Counted from the first letter of the stretch, positions 1-10,914 are shown. The stretch: DNA of 64,000 bases from Gammaproteobacteria bacterium (GCA_029881275.1 JAOUMX010000001.1:38949-102948), one strand, 5' to 3'. Notes: a model not told the origin generated them from the sequence alone. Translations and numbers: made by a program.

Positions 1-483
1 TGTATTACACCATTATCAGAGTTAAAAGAACCGGTTGAAGTTCGTCCCATGCCGCGATTACCTGTGATTCGTGATTTGATCGTGGATATGGATTCTTTCT
101 ATAAACAGTATCGGGATGTTAAGCCGTATCTTATTGTAAAAGATCCTTTACCAGAAGTTGAATTGCAACAGACACCTGAGCAAAGAGATAAACTTGATGG
201 TTTATATGAATGTATTTTATGTGGATGTTGTTCCACTGCCTGTCCTTCTTTCTGGTGGAACCCGGATAAATTTCTTGGTCCGGCAGCTTTGTTGCAGGCC
301 GCTCGCTTTATTGAAGACAGTCGTGACCAGGCAACAGAAGAGCGTCTTGACGCACTTGATGATCCATTTAAATTGTTTCGCTGCCATACCATTATGAATT
401 GTATTCAGGTCTGTCCTAAGGACTTGAATCCGACTAAAGCGATTGGCAACATAAAGAAAATTATGGTGAAAAAATCGTTATGA
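1..483 (+). CDS. sdhB: Succinate dehydrogenase iron-sulfur subunit SdhB, C-terminal part (5' end lies outside the window)
   Basis: Translation contains 'CILCGCCSTACPSFWWNPDKFLGPAALLQA' and 'CHTIMNCIQVCPKDLNP', typical SdhB/FrdB Fe-S cluster Cys motifs. The frame is open to the window edge. Confidence 0.9.
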   Translation, partial: CITPLSELKEPVEVRPMPRLPVIRDLIVDMDSFYKQYRDVKPYLIVKDPLPEVELQQTPEQRDKLDGLYECILCGCCSTACPSFWWNPDKFLGPAALLQAARFIEDSRDQATEERLDALDDPFKLFRCHTIMNCIQVCPKDLNPTKAIGNIKKIMVKKSL

Positions 484-749
484 ATTCGCTCTATCAGATG
501 CCTGAAAATGAAGCTGATTCGCGCTTACGCTGGCGTTGTCGTCGAGGTATGCTGGAGCTTGACCTGATACTGAATAATTTTATTGACAGGGAATATGTGC
601 ATCTTAATAATCAACAGAAACAGTTATTGGATCAGATGCTGGATTACCCTGATCAGTTATTATTTGATCTGTTTTTAGGATTTATGCAGTCAGCGGATAA
701 GGATATCGCCAGTCTTGTATCGTATATACGAAAATCAGTTACAACTTGA
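480..749 (+). CDS. sdhE: FAD assembly factor SdhE (YgfY/CptB family, DUF339)
   Basis: 89 aa with 'RLRWRCRRGMLELDLIL', the RGxxE motif region of SdhE. ATGA overlap with the sdhB stop codon. Confidence 0.85.
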   Translation: MNSLYQMPENEADSRLRWRCRRGMLELDLILNNFIDREYVHLNNQQKQLLDQMLDYPDQLLFDLFLGFMQSADKDIASLVSYIRKSVTT

Positions 750-1149
750 TTTATATAAATCAAGATGCTGTTACCTGTATTTACTGGTTACAGGTAGTTT
801 CGTTGTGGCAGCGCTCATTTTAATTTCTTTAACCATTTATCTTAAGTTATTGATTGTGGTTTTTGTCTCTATTCTCTTTGGTTATTATCTCCGGCATAGA
901 CATCAGGTTATTTCAATTAAATGGTATAAACAAAATCGCTGGGTTATTTTTTTGCGACAGGGGTTGGTTTACAAGGCAAGTTTACTCAATAACAGTTTTA
1001 TTACTCGTTTTATCTGTGTATTGAATTTTAAGCTGGAATCTGGGATGAAATTTTCATATGTGATTTTTCCTGATTCATTACATCACGAGCAAATGCGTCG
1101 TTTACTGGTCAGGATGAAAGTCGAACATAGCGACCTGTTCTCAAAATAG
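715..1149 (+). CDS. YgfX/CptA-like inner-membrane protein (DUF1434)
   Basis: 144 aa with two hydrophobic helices ('LYLLVTGSFVVAALILISLTIYL', 'LLIVVFVSILFGYYL') after an N-terminal 'LDLYKSRCCY' segment, as in E. coli YgfX. Sits directly after sdhE, overlapping it by 35 nt. Start is TTG at 715. Confidence 0.6.
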   Translation: MYRIYENQLQLDLYKSRCCYLYLLVTGSFVVAALILISLTIYLKLLIVVFVSILFGYYLRHRHQVISIKWYKQNRWVIFLRQGLVYKASLLNNSFITRFICVLNFKLESGMKFSYVIFPDSLHHEQMRRLLVRMKVEHSDLFSK

Positions 1150-1177
1150 ATTCCTCATATCATGCTATGCTTACGGT

Positions 1178-1681
1178 ATGCATAATATGTCCTTTTATGG
1201 TTGTGAAGATGTTACGCCCTATGGCTTTGTTAGCTTGATGGATTTGTATGAGAGTAATTACATTAAGCTAAAAAAACTGATTCCAGATATTAAATCCATA
1301 GAGTCACCCGTGATTTCCAGATCGCCGGGGCATCTTGATCTGTTTTTAACAGTTGTTGAAAAGAATAAATATACAACCACTTTTTACCTGTCATATTGTT
1401 TTGAAACAGATAGTGGTCTCCAGATGGAGCCTAATTTTAGAATTCGAGTGTACCATGATGCTCGATTGGCTGAAGTTATGGCCGGGCATTTACATCATGG
1501 TCGCTTAAAATATGATCACTTGCCCGCAGATGCGCTAAAAGAAAAATGGCGTCTTAATCGATTTCTTAATAAATGGTTAGGTTATTGTCTTCGTCAGGGG
1601 CATAGTTTTGCGCCTTTTGTGGTGTCATCCAGGGCTGCCATTGACGGTCAGATCAGGCGATTATTGCAGCAGCCAATTTAA
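1178..1681 (+). CDS. DUF1249-family protein (YqiB-like)
   Basis: 167-aa ORF with ATG start. Family assignment is from recall of YqiB-like sequences; no catalytic motif recognised. Confidence 0.5.
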   Translation: MHNMSFYGCEDVTPYGFVSLMDLYESNYIKLKKLIPDIKSIESPVISRSPGHLDLFLTVVEKNKYTTTFYLSYCFETDSGLQMEPNFRIRVYHDARLAEVMAGHLHHGRLKYDHLPADALKEKWRLNRFLNKWLGYCLRQGHSFAPFVVSSRAAIDGQIRRLLQQPI

Positions 1682-1834
1682 GATCAAAATATCTTTCCAC
1701 TTTAGCCTTTTTAGGGCTATTCCTTCAGTGCAGTCGGGTATCAAAATGTGGTAGAATTCTGGCTTTTATTCGAGCCAGTTTTTTATGGCTTCGGGCTTTG
1801 TTAATAGACTAATAAAACGGAAGAACACTCCCCA

Positions 1835-4381
1835 ATGGCCGAATTTGCCAAAGAAATATTTCCTGTCAATTTAGAAGATGAAATGCGCCAGTCCTACCTT
1901 GATTACGCCATGAGTGTAATCGTAGGCCGAGCATTGCCTGATGTGCGTGATGGCCTTAAACCGGTTCATCGTCGTGTGCTTTATGCCATGAGTGAGCTGG
2001 GTAATGACTGGAACAAGCCTTATAAAAAATCAGCTCGTGTGGTCGGTGATGTTATCGGTAAATATCACCCCCATGGTGATTCAGCTGTTTATGACACTAT
2101 TGTTCGCATGGCTCAGCCTTTCTCTATGCGTTATATGCTGGTTGATGGTCAGGGTAACTTTGGTTCGGTTGATGGTGACGCGCCTGCTGCAATGCGATAC
2201 ACCGAAGTTCGTATGGCTAAAATTGCCCATGAAATGCTGGCGGATATCGATAAGGAAACCGTTAACTTCGAATCCAATTATGATGGCTCAGAGTCTGAGC
2301 CTACGGTTTTTCCGGCGCGTGTTCCCAGTTTACTGGTTAATGGTTCTTCAGGTATTGCGGTGGGTATGGCAACCAATATCCCGCCTCACAATCTGACCGA
2401 GGTCATTAATGCCTGTATTGCGCTAATCGATGATCCTGCTATTTCCATTGAAGGCCTTATGGACCATCTGCCGGCACCGGATTTGCCCACAGCGGCGATT
2501 ATCAATGGTGTGTCAGGGATTAAAGAAGCCTATAGAACGGGGCGTGGACGCATGCATATGCGTGCTAAAGCAGAAGTTCTCGGTGAGGAAGGTGGCAAGC
2601 AAACCATTATTGTTCATGAATTGCCCTACCAGGTGAACAAGGCTCGATTGATTGAGCGTATTGCGGAACTGGTAAAAGACAAGAAAATTGAAGGTATCAC
2701 TGAAATAAGGGATGAATCAGACAAAGACGGTATGCGTATCGTCATTGAGCTGCGCCGTGGTGAAGTTGGTGAGGTTGTTCTTAATAATCTCTATAAACAA
2801 ACCCCTATGCAATGTGTGTTTGGCATAAACATGGTTGCCCTGGTTGATAATCAGCCGAGATTGCTGAACCTGAAGCAGATTCTGGATGCCTTTGTCCGCC
2901 ATCGTCGTGAAGTGGTTACCCGGCGTACCATATTTGAATTACGTAAGGCTCGTGACAGGGCTCATATCCTGGAAGGCCTGGCACTTGCATTGGCGAATAT
3001 TGATCTGGTTATCGAACTGATTAAGAAGTCGGCAAATCCTGCCGATGCCAAGGTGCAGTTAATTGAAACTTGCTGGCAGCCCGGTATGGTTGTCGATATG
3101 CTCAAACGTGCCGGTGCAGAGGCATCACGCCCCGAGTTTCTTGAATCCCGATTTGGTCTCAAGACAGAGGGTTACTATTTGTCAGACGTTCAGGCGCAGG
3201 CTATTCTGGATTTAAGACTGCATCGTTTAACAGGACTTGAACAGGACAAAATACTCAATGAATACAAAGAGATACTTGATATTGTTGAAAATTTGCTAGA
3301 TATTTTGTCAAATCCAGATCGTCTCTTACAGGTAATCAGAGATGAGTTGCTGGAAATCAGAGACAAATTCGGAGATGAGCGTCGTAGTGAAGTTATCGTC
3401 TCGCAGCTGGATTTGAGCATGGAAGATCTGATTACAGAGGAAGATGTACTGGTAACCTTTTCTCATGAAGGTTATGCCAAATCTCAGCCGTTAACCGATT
3501 ATGCAACGCAACGTCGTGGTGGTCGTGGTAAATCAGCGACACGCATGAAAGATGAAGATTTCATTGATAAACTTTTCGTGGCCAATACCCATGACACATT
3601 ATTGTGTTTCTCCAGCAGAGGTAAAGCTTACTGGATTAAGGTTTATCAATTGCCGCAGGCCAGTCGCGGTTCACGCGGCAAGCCGTTGGTTAACCTGTTA
3701 CCGCTGGAAGATGGTGAGCGCATTAATGCAGTTCTGCCGATTCGTGATTACGATGAAGATCATTTCATCTTTATGGCAACCAGCTCAGGCACAGTAAAGA
3801 AAACATCATTAATGAATTTCTCTCGCCAGCGAGCAGGTGGCATTATTGCTGTTGATTTGAGAGATGATGATACTCTGGTTGATGTGGCTTTGACGGATGG
3901 TTCAAAAGACATCATGCTGTTTGCCACAACAGGTAAAGCAATTCGATTCTCGGAAAAAGATGTGCGAGCGATGGGTCGTACTGCAGCAGGTGTTCGTGGT
4001 ATCAAGCTGGCTGAAGATCAGAAAGTTATGAGCCTGATAGTGGTTGATGATGAGGCAACGATTCTGACGACAACTGAAAATGGTTATGGCAAACGAACTG
4101 CGGCATCAGATTATCCCTGTAAAGGTCGTGGTGGTCAGGGCATTATTTCAATTCAGACATCAGATCGTAACGGTCCTGTTATTGGTGCTGTACAGGTGAA
4201 TGATGCTGATGAAATTATGCTCATTACCGATGGTGGTACGCTGGTTAGAACCTCTGTTGAAGAAGTTCGAGTCATGGGGCGTAATACACAGGGAGTCCGT
4301 TTGATTCGTTTGACTGAAGATGAAAAACTGGTTGAAATAGAACGGGTTGAATCACTTGAAGATGAAGATGAAAGTGATTAA
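1835..4381 (+). CDS. gyrA: DNA gyrase subunit A
   Basis: 848 aa. N-terminus '[19 protein letters not shown]', quinolone-resistance-determining region '[20 protein letters not shown]', acidic C-terminal tail 'EDEDESD'. Confidence 0.97.
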   Translation: MAEFAKEIFPVNLEDEMRQSYLDYAMSVIVGRALPDVRDGLKPVHRRVLYAMSELGNDWNKPYKKSARVVGDVIGKYHPHGDSAVYDTIVRMAQPFSMRYMLVDGQGNFGSVDGDAPAAMRYTEVRMAKIAHEMLADIDKETVNFESNYDGSESEPTVFPARVPSLLVNGSSGIAVGMATNIPPHNLTEVINACIALIDDPAISIEGLMDHLPAPDLPTAAIINGVSGIKEAYRTGRGRMHMRAKAEVLGEEGGKQTIIVHELPYQVNKARLIERIAELVKDKKIEGITEIRDESDKDGMRIVIELRRGEVGEVVLNNLYKQTPMQCVFGINMVALVDNQPRLLNLKQILDAFVRHRREVVTRRTIFELRKARDRAHILEGLALALANIDLVIELIKKSANPADAKVQLIETCWQPGMVVDMLKRAGAEASRPEFLESRFGLKTEGYYLSDVQAQAILDLRLHRLTGLEQDKILNEYKEILDIVENLLDILSNPDRLLQVIRDELLEIRDKFGDERRSEVIVSQLDLSMEDLITEEDVLVTFSHEGYAKSQPLTDYATQRRGGRGKSATRMKDEDFIDKLFVANTHDTLLCFSSRGKAYWIKVYQLPQASRGSRGKPLVNLLPLEDGERINAVLPIRDYDEDHFIFMATSSGTVKKTSLMNFSRQRAGGIIAVDLRDDDTLVDVALTDGSKDIMLFATTGKAIRFSEKDVRAMGRTAAGVRGIKLAEDQKVMSLIVVDDEATILTTTENGYGKRTAASDYPCKGRGGQGIISIQTSDRNGPVIGAVQVNDADEIMLITDGGTLVRTSVEEVRVMGRNTQGVRLIRLTEDEKLVEIERVESLEDEDESD

Positions 4382-4433
4382 AAAACAATAACATAAACAA
4401 TATTATTAAAGTTACTACTTATTAAGGTGTTAC

Positions 4434-5513
4434 ATGAGTCGCGTATATAATTTCAGTGCAGGACCGGGCAGTTTACCAGAAGATGTTTTAAAACAGGCGC
4501 AGGCAGAGATGCTGGACTGGCAGGGTACAGGCATGTCAGTTATGGAAATGTCTCATCGTGGCAAAGCTTACATGTCAATTGCAGAAAAAGCGGAAGCTGA
4601 CCTGCGTGAGTTAATGGCGATACCGGCTAATTATAAAGTTCTGTTTTTACAGGGCGGTGCCAGTAGTCAGTTTTCTATGGTGCCGATTAATCTGTTAGCA
4701 GGTAAAACCAGTGCTGATTATGTATCAACCGGTCAGTGGTCAAAAAAAGCCATTGCTGAGGCGAAGCGGTATTGTGACGTTAATGTGGTTGCCTCTGCTG
4801 AAGAACAGAAATTTACCACTGTGCCTGATCAGGCCAGCTGGAAGTTGAATGCTGATGCGGCGTACCTGCATTACACCCCCAATGAAACCATTGTTGGTGT
4901 TGAATTTCCATTTCTACCTGAAACGAATGTGCCACTGGTGGCGGACATGTCTTCAACCATTCTTTCTCGCCCCATTGACGTCAGTAAGTTTGGTGTGATT
5001 TATGCGGGTGCACAAAAGAATATGGGTCCTGCAGGCTTAACGGTTGCCATTGTGCGTGATGATCTGATTGGCAAGGCGAATGACAAGATGCCTGTCATGC
5101 TCGACTACAAGACCCATGCCGATAACGATTCTATGTACAACACGCCACCAACCTTTAGTTGGTACATTGCCGGACTGGTATTTGCCTGGTTAAAAAGTAA
5201 AGGTGGTTTACAGGGCATGGCTGAGATTAACAAGCGTAAAGCTGACAAGCTTTATGCGGCAATCGATGCTTCTGCTTTCTATTCAAACCCGGTTGATGTG
5301 AATTGTCGTTCCTGGATGAATGTGCCTTTTATTCTGGCAAATGCTGATCTGGACAAACTGTTTCTTGAGGAAGCAGAGAAAGCGGGATTATCTACTTTGA
5401 AAGGTCATAGATCTGTCGGTGGAATGCGAGCGAGTATCTACAATGCTATGCCAGAAGCAGGTGTTGATGCATTAGTTGATTTCATGAAGGATTTCGAAAA
5501 ACGTAAGGCTTAA
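4434..5513 (+). CDS. serC: Phosphoserine aminotransferase
   Basis: 359 aa starting 'MSRVYNFSAGPGSLPEDVLKQAQ', length as for SerC. Confidence 0.93.
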   Translation: MSRVYNFSAGPGSLPEDVLKQAQAEMLDWQGTGMSVMEMSHRGKAYMSIAEKAEADLRELMAIPANYKVLFLQGGASSQFSMVPINLLAGKTSADYVSTGQWSKKAIAEAKRYCDVNVVASAEEQKFTTVPDQASWKLNADAAYLHYTPNETIVGVEFPFLPETNVPLVADMSSTILSRPIDVSKFGVIYAGAQKNMGPAGLTVAIVRDDLIGKANDKMPVMLDYKTHADNDSMYNTPPTFSWYIAGLVFAWLKSKGGLQGMAEINKRKADKLYAAIDASAFYSNPVDVNCRSWMNVPFILANADLDKLFLEEAEKAGLSTLKGHRSVGGMRASIYNAMPEAGVDALVDFMKDFEKRKA

Positions 5514-5578
5514 ATCAAAAAATATTATCACATCAAGATTTTAATTGATCAGGCCTGTGATAACCATAAGGTTGAACA

Positions 5579-6742
5579 ATGCTAATAATAAAAACGTATA
5601 ACGCGATTTCAGAAAAAGGGTTAAGTCGTTTATCGGCGGAAGACTATAAGATTGATCCAGAGGCCAGTAATCCAGATGCAATAATGTTGCGATCTTTCAA
5701 GATGCACAATGAGCCTGTTGCAGAGTCAGTTAAAGCCATAGGAAGAGCAGGTGCAGGGGTAAATAATATTCCAGTTGATGCAATGTCCAAGCGTGGTATT
5801 GTCGTTTTTAATGCACCTGGTGCCAATGCCAATGCAGTTAAAGAGCTGGTAATAGCCGGGATGTTAATGGCGTGCCGCAATTTGACGCAGGCCTGGCAGT
5901 ACACAACGACCCTGGAAGGAACGGACGAAGAAGTATTAAAAGCTGTAGAAGCGGGCAAGAAGAAATATGTTGGCTTTGAGTTACCAGGTAGAACGCTTGG
6001 TGTTATAGGTCTGGGTGCAATCGGCGTTGAAATTGCAAATGCAGCTTATGCATTAGGTATGCGAGTCATTGGTTTTGATCCGACTATTACAGTCAAAAGT
6101 GCCTGGAAATTGTCCGCGAATGTTGAGCAAATGGATAGTGCAGAAGAGCTATTCAAACAGGCTGATTTTGTTACTTTTCATGTGCCATTGATTGAGTCGA
6201 CAAAAAATTTATTAAACATGGAAAGTCTGGCAACCATGAAAGATGGTTCGGTCATTCTGAATTTTGCACGTGATGGTATTGTTGACGATGCTGCTGTTTT
6301 GTCCGCAATTGAATCAGGAAAGATTCATGCATATGTAACAGACTTTCCTTCAAATCAATTGAAAGATAATCCTAAAGTTATCACCTTGCCGCATCTTGGT
6401 GCGTCTACCGGTGAAGCTGAGGAAAATTGTGCCGTCATGATTGCGGACCAGTTAAACGCATTCCTTAAGCATGGCAATATTAAAAATTCTGTTAATTTTC
6501 CCAATATTAAACTGGCCAGGACCGGTGTTAAACGACTTGCTATTGCAAATTATAATCGCCCTGATATGTTAGCTCAGATTTCACATCAGCTTGGTCAGGC
6601 AGGATTGAATATTATGCACATGACTAATGAGTCTAAAGGTGATCTTGCTTATACATTAATTGATATTGATGCTGAGCCCTCAAATCAGGCTATCGATAAT
6701 ATACGCAAGATTGATGGTGTTTTAAGTGTTCGGGTAATATAG
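5579..6742 (+). CDS. serA: D-3-phosphoglycerate dehydrogenase (2-hydroxyacid dehydrogenase with C-terminal ACT domain)
   Basis: NAD-binding 'GVIGLGAIGVEIA', catalytic region 'LPHLGASTGEAEEN', C-terminal ACT-like domain. Confidence 0.85.
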   Translation: MLIIKTYNAISEKGLSRLSAEDYKIDPEASNPDAIMLRSFKMHNEPVAESVKAIGRAGAGVNNIPVDAMSKRGIVVFNAPGANANAVKELVIAGMLMACRNLTQAWQYTTTLEGTDEEVLKAVEAGKKKYVGFELPGRTLGVIGLGAIGVEIANAAYALGMRVIGFDPTITVKSAWKLSANVEQMDSAEELFKQADFVTFHVPLIESTKNLLNMESLATMKDGSVILNFARDGIVDDAAVLSAIESGKIHAYVTDFPSNQLKDNPKVITLPHLGASTGEAEENCAVMIADQLNAFLKHGNIKNSVNFPNIKLARTGVKRLAIANYNRPDMLAQISHQLGQAGLNIMHMTNESKGDLAYTLIDIDAEPSNQAIDNIRKIDGVLSVRVI

Positions 6743-6749
6743 CTCGTAT

Positions 6750-7835
6750 ATGAACGAAGATATAAATTTAAAAAATATACGAGATAAAATTGATCAACTG
6801 GATCTGCAGATTCAGTTATTAATTAATGAACGTGCAAAATGTGCCCAGGAAGTTGCAGAAATAAAATTGCAGTCGGGTGAAGTAGAGCACTTCTACAGGC
6901 CCGAACGCGAGGCGCAGGTTTTACGTGCCATTAAAGCCCGGAATGAAGGGCCTCTCGGCGATAAGCAAATGGCTCACCTGTTTCGTGAGATAATGTCTTC
7001 CTGTCTGGCGCTTGAAAAGCCTCTAAAAATTGCCTATCTCGGTCCGGCTGGAACATATAATCATGTCGCCGCAATAAAACATTTTGGTTCATCAATCGAA
7101 CAGCAGCCAGTCAATAATATTGAAGAGATTTTTCGTGTTGTTGAATCAGGTCTGGCTCAGTTTGGTGTTGTCCCCATTGAAAATTCAACAGAAGGTGTTA
7201 TTACGCATACTCTGGATTTGTTAATTAATTCATCACTGCTTATTAGCGGTGAGGTTGATTTGCGTATACAGCATAATCTAATTACTAATGAAACTCGGTT
7301 AAAAGATATTAAAAAGATTTTTTCGCACCAGCAAACATTGGCGCAATGTCGTCGCTGGCTTGATAAGAATCTACCTGGTGTTGAACAATATGCTGTTCGT
7401 AGCAATGCTGAAGCGGTTAGATTAAGTAAGGCTGAAAAAAATACGGCGGCTATTGCAGGTAAGCTGGCATCTGAAATTTATGAAGTACCAATTTTTAAAT
7501 CAGAAATTGAAGATGAGCCTGATAATACAACCCGATTTATTGTTATTGGTAGAAATGGTGTGCCTCCCAGTGGTGAGGATCGTACGTCGTTACTGGTCGC
7601 AACTAATAATAAGCCTGGCGCTTTATATGAGTTATTGAAGCCGTTGGCTTCACGTAAAATTGGTATGAGTAAAATTGAATCAAGACCTTCTCATCGTGGT
7701 GTATGGGAATATGTTTTCTTTATTGATATCGAAGGTCATAAAGATGAAAAAAACATAGCAGAAGCACTGGTTGAAATTGAACATGAATCGGCAATGGTTC
7801 GTATTCTTGGTTCATATCCACGAGCTGTACTTTAA
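6750..7835 (+). CDS. pheA: Bifunctional chorismate mutase / prephenate dehydratase (P-protein)
   Basis: N-terminal chorismate-mutase helix ('IRDKIDQLDLQIQLLINERAKCAQEV'), prephenate-dehydratase core ('IAYLGPAGTYNHVAA', 'TRFIVIG'), C-terminal ACT domain. Confidence 0.92.
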   Translation: MNEDINLKNIRDKIDQLDLQIQLLINERAKCAQEVAEIKLQSGEVEHFYRPEREAQVLRAIKARNEGPLGDKQMAHLFREIMSSCLALEKPLKIAYLGPAGTYNHVAAIKHFGSSIEQQPVNNIEEIFRVVESGLAQFGVVPIENSTEGVITHTLDLLINSSLLISGEVDLRIQHNLITNETRLKDIKKIFSHQQTLAQCRRWLDKNLPGVEQYAVRSNAEAVRLSKAEKNTAAIAGKLASEIYEVPIFKSEIEDEPDNTTRFIVIGRNGVPPSGEDRTSLLVATNNKPGALYELLKPLASRKIGMSKIESRPSHRGVWEYVFFIDIEGHKDEKNIAEALVEIEHESAMVRILGSYPRAVL

Positions 7836-8959
7836 TGATGAATCACTTTCTTAAGATAGCTGTACCTGGCGTTCAACAATTAAAACCTTATTTGCCAGGT
7901 AAGCCGGTAGAAGAGCTTGAGCGAGAACTCGGAATCTCAAATATTATAAAACTGGCTTCTAATGAAAATCCATTAGGTCCGAGTAAAAAAGCACTGGCAT
8001 CAGCACAGTCCGTGATTTCATCCGTTAATTTTTATCCAGATGGAAGTGGTTATAAGTTACGTGCAGCACTGGCTGAAATGCATGGTGTTGCCAATAGTTG
8101 TATTACCTTAGGTAATGGCTCAAATGATGTGTTAGAAATTATTGCCAGAGTATTTCTTGGGCCTGACTATTCGGCGGTTTTTTCTGAATATGCTTTTGCT
8201 GTTTATCCTATTGTGACTCAGGCTGTTGGTGCACAGGCCAGGATTGCCCGTGCATTTCCTGCCAATCACCCTGATATGCCTTATGGTCATGATCTGGAAT
8301 CAATTTCAAAACAGGTTAATAAAACTACTCGGGTTGTTTTTCTGGCTAATCCTAATAATCCGACAGGAACCTGGCTGGACAAAAGTCAATTAGAAATCTT
8401 TATTAGCTCGATTCCCTCTGATGTTATTGTGGTCCTGGATGAGGCCTATTATGAATATATGCCTGATGCAACTAAACCTGATACTGACTCATGGTTAGGT
8501 AAATACCCGAATTTAATAGTTACCCGAACATTTTCTAAAATTTTTGGGCTAGCAGGTTTAAGGGTGGGTTATGCCATCAGTCATCCGGATGTGGCTGATT
8601 TGTTAAATCGTATCCGTCAGCCATTTAATGTTAATCTGGTAGCACAGGCGGCAGCTCTGGAAGCGCTTAAGGATTATGAGCACATTACTAACAGTATCAA
8701 TCTTAATACGGCCGGACTTGAACAGCTGCGTACGGGTTTGCATGATCTTAAATTGAGTTTTATTCCTAGCATTGGAAATTTTCTGACAGTTGATATGGGG
8801 TGTGATGCGAGCATCATTTATAATAAATTGCTTCTGCAAGGTGTGATTGTTAGACCAGTTGCTAATTACAATCTTCCTAACCATCTTCGAATAACTGTGG
8901 GTACTGAAGACCAGAATAATCGTGTACTAAGTGCTTTAGAGAACTGTATGCATGATTAA
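7835..8959 (+). CDS. hisC: Histidinol-phosphate / aromatic aminotransferase
   Basis: 374-aa class-II aminotransferase with PLP-lysine region 'TRTFSKIFGLAGLRVGY'. Position between pheA and tyrA matches the Pseudomonas-type hisC2. Confidence 0.88.
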   Translation: MMNHFLKIAVPGVQQLKPYLPGKPVEELERELGISNIIKLASNENPLGPSKKALASAQSVISSVNFYPDGSGYKLRAALAEMHGVANSCITLGNGSNDVLEIIARVFLGPDYSAVFSEYAFAVYPIVTQAVGAQARIARAFPANHPDMPYGHDLESISKQVNKTTRVVFLANPNNPTGTWLDKSQLEIFISSIPSDVIVVLDEAYYEYMPDATKPDTDSWLGKYPNLIVTRTFSKIFGLAGLRVGYAISHPDVADLLNRIRQPFNVNLVAQAAALEALKDYEHITNSINLNTAGLEQLRTGLHDLKLSFIPSIGNFLTVDMGCDASIIYNKLLLQGVIVRPVANYNLPNHLRITVGTEDQNNRVLSALENCMHD

Positions 8960-9806
8960 TCGTTTATGTATTATAGGTACCGGCTTAATTGGTGGTTCAC
9001 TTGCGCTTGCTTTAAAGAAATCCGGCTATTGTTCTCATATAGTCGGGGCAGGTCGTAATGAAAAGCATTTAAAAAAAGCAGTACAACTCGGTGTAATTGA
9101 TTCTTATGAAACAGATTATGCAACGGCGGTACGTGATGCTGATATTGTTGTAGTTGCTGTACCACTTGGTTCCATGCAGGAAGTATTTGAGCAAATAAAA
9201 CCTTATTTATCGCCCCGTACATTGGTCACTGATGCGGGTAGTGCCAAAATCAGTGTAATTAATGCTGCGCGTCATGTTTTTACCGATGTTAACAAGTTTA
9301 TTCCCGGGCATCCTATCGCGGGTATTGAAAAATCTGGTGTCGAATCTGCATTTGATTCATTATTTCAAAATCGTAAAGTTATTCTGACTCCCTTAGAGGA
9401 GAATGAAGAGAATGATATAGAAATAATAAAAGCTATGTGGCAGGCAACGGGTGCCGAAGTTGATTTAATGGCTGCAGATCATCATGACCTTATCCTTGCA
9501 GGAACCAGCCATTTACCTCATGTGCTTGCCTTTGCGCTGGTCGACTGTTTGAATAATGTCGATGATGTTGATGAGATATTCCGTTTTGCCGCGGGTGGAT
9601 TCCGTGACTTTACGCGAATTGCTTCCAGTGATCCTGTTATGTGGCGTGATATTTGCCTTGGAAATAGTAGTGCTATTCTGACTATGATGGAAAAATATCA
9701 GGAAGAAATTTGTATTCTAAAGGATGCCATCAGATTAGAGGACTCTAATGCGCTGCTGGATATTTTTACACGTGCCAAACAGGCGCGTGACAGGTTTTCA
9801 ATGTAG
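8952..9806 (+). CDS. tyrA: Prephenate/arogenate dehydrogenase
   Basis: Rossmann motif 'IIGTGLIGGSLALAL', 284 aa. Stand-alone protein, not fused to AroA. Confidence 0.85.
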   Translation: MINRLCIIGTGLIGGSLALALKKSGYCSHIVGAGRNEKHLKKAVQLGVIDSYETDYATAVRDADIVVVAVPLGSMQEVFEQIKPYLSPRTLVTDAGSAKISVINAARHVFTDVNKFIPGHPIAGIEKSGVESAFDSLFQNRKVILTPLEENEENDIEIIKAMWQATGAEVDLMAADHHDLILAGTSHLPHVLAFALVDCLNNVDDVDEIFRFAAGGFRDFTRIASSDPVMWRDICLGNSSAILTMMEKYQEEICILKDAIRLEDSNALLDIFTRAKQARDRFSM

Positions 9807-9908
9807 CTTTCTATAATTGCTGTAAGAACTGCTTTTACTGTCTATAATGGTTTACATAAATTAAATCATTATAAATGATGATAGATGACTAGAAGAGTAA
9901 CTTAAAGC

Positions 9909-10910
9909 ATGACAACGTCTGTTCTTATCTGCGATGATTCAAGTCTGGCGCGAAAACAAATGGCACGTTCTTTACCTTCTGACTGGGATGTTGATGTCAG
10001 CTTTGCAGAAAATGGTTTGCTGGGGCTTAAGGCATTAAAAGAAGGTAAAGGTGAGATATTATTTCTTGATCTTAATATGCCGGAAATGGATGGCTATGAG
10101 GTTCTAAATGCTATCCGTGAAAATGAATTATCAACATTAGTGGTGGTTGTTTCAGGTGATATACAACCAGAAGCTTATCAACGTGTAATTTCAATGGGCG
10201 CACTGGATTTCGTAAAAAAACCGGTTGATGCCAGACAGATCCAGGATATCTTTCATAAATACGGAATATATGCTAAGCCGACAATAGATAATCCAGTTAA
10301 ATCTAGAGAAGCAGATTTTGAGGTTAAATATGAAGATGGCTATCAGGAAATTGCTAATGTCGCTATGGGGCGCGCAGCTGATCTATTGGCGCGCTTATTA
10401 AATGTTTTTGTTATCCTGCCAATACCAAATGTTAATATGTTTGAGAATAGCGAATTGCGTATGGCATTGCGTGATATTGCAGACAATGATTCTGTATCGG
10501 GTGTTTGTCAGGGTTTCATAGGGTCTGGTATTGCCGGGGAAGCATTATTGATTTTTAATGATTCCAGTTTTGAAGATATAGCGGAATTAATTAAATATGA
10601 CGGCAAAATTGATGACTCCGTACAACTTGAATTACTCATGGATATATCCAGTATTCTGATTGGTGCCTGTTTAAAGGGGATAGCTGACCAACTGGATGTT
10701 AATTTTAGTCAGGGGCATCCTGTTGTTATAGACAGGCATGTTAAAGTGAATGATCTTCTAAATCAGAATGTATCTCAGTGGAAACAAACATTAGCAATAG
10801 AAATAGCGTATAAAATAGAGAATAAACGTATTAATTGCGAGCTGCTGCTGTTGTTTACTGAGGATTCTATACCTTCTTTAAACCAGCGTATATCTTATAT
10901 AGTAGATTGA
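9909..10910 (+). CDS. Response regulator with N-terminal receiver (REC) domain fused to a CheC/CheX-like phosphatase-type domain
   Basis: REC: 'VLICDDSSLARK...ILFLDLNMPEMDGYEVL...VVVVSGD...GALDFVKKP'. C-terminal half carries the CheC signature 'DGYQEIANVAMGRAADLLARLL' (D-x3-E-I-x-N-[VI]-x2-G-x-AA-x2-L) and a degenerate second repeat 'ELLMDISSILIGAC'. Confidence 0.7.
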   Translation: MTTSVLICDDSSLARKQMARSLPSDWDVDVSFAENGLLGLKALKEGKGEILFLDLNMPEMDGYEVLNAIRENELSTLVVVVSGDIQPEAYQRVISMGALDFVKKPVDARQIQDIFHKYGIYAKPTIDNPVKSREADFEVKYEDGYQEIANVAMGRAADLLARLLNVFVILPIPNVNMFENSELRMALRDIADNDSVSGVCQGFIGSGIAGEALLIFNDSSFEDIAELIKYDGKIDDSVQLELLMDISSILIGACLKGIADQLDVNFSQGHPVVIDRHVKVNDLLNQNVSQWKQTLAIEIAYKIENKRINCELLLLFTEDSIPSLNQRISYIVD

Positions 10911-10914
10911 TAAG

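Noticed and set aside
1992-2396. Nested and antisense ORFs in the six-frame track (e.g. 1992-2396, 2430-2636, 5644-5958, 14179-14573, 15206-15736, 16131-16439, 43103-43291)
   Set aside because: Each lies wholly inside a strongly supported conserved gene (gyrA, serA, rpsA, ihfB/lapA, the histidine kinase). Their translations are low-complexity or hydrophobic with no recognisable motif.
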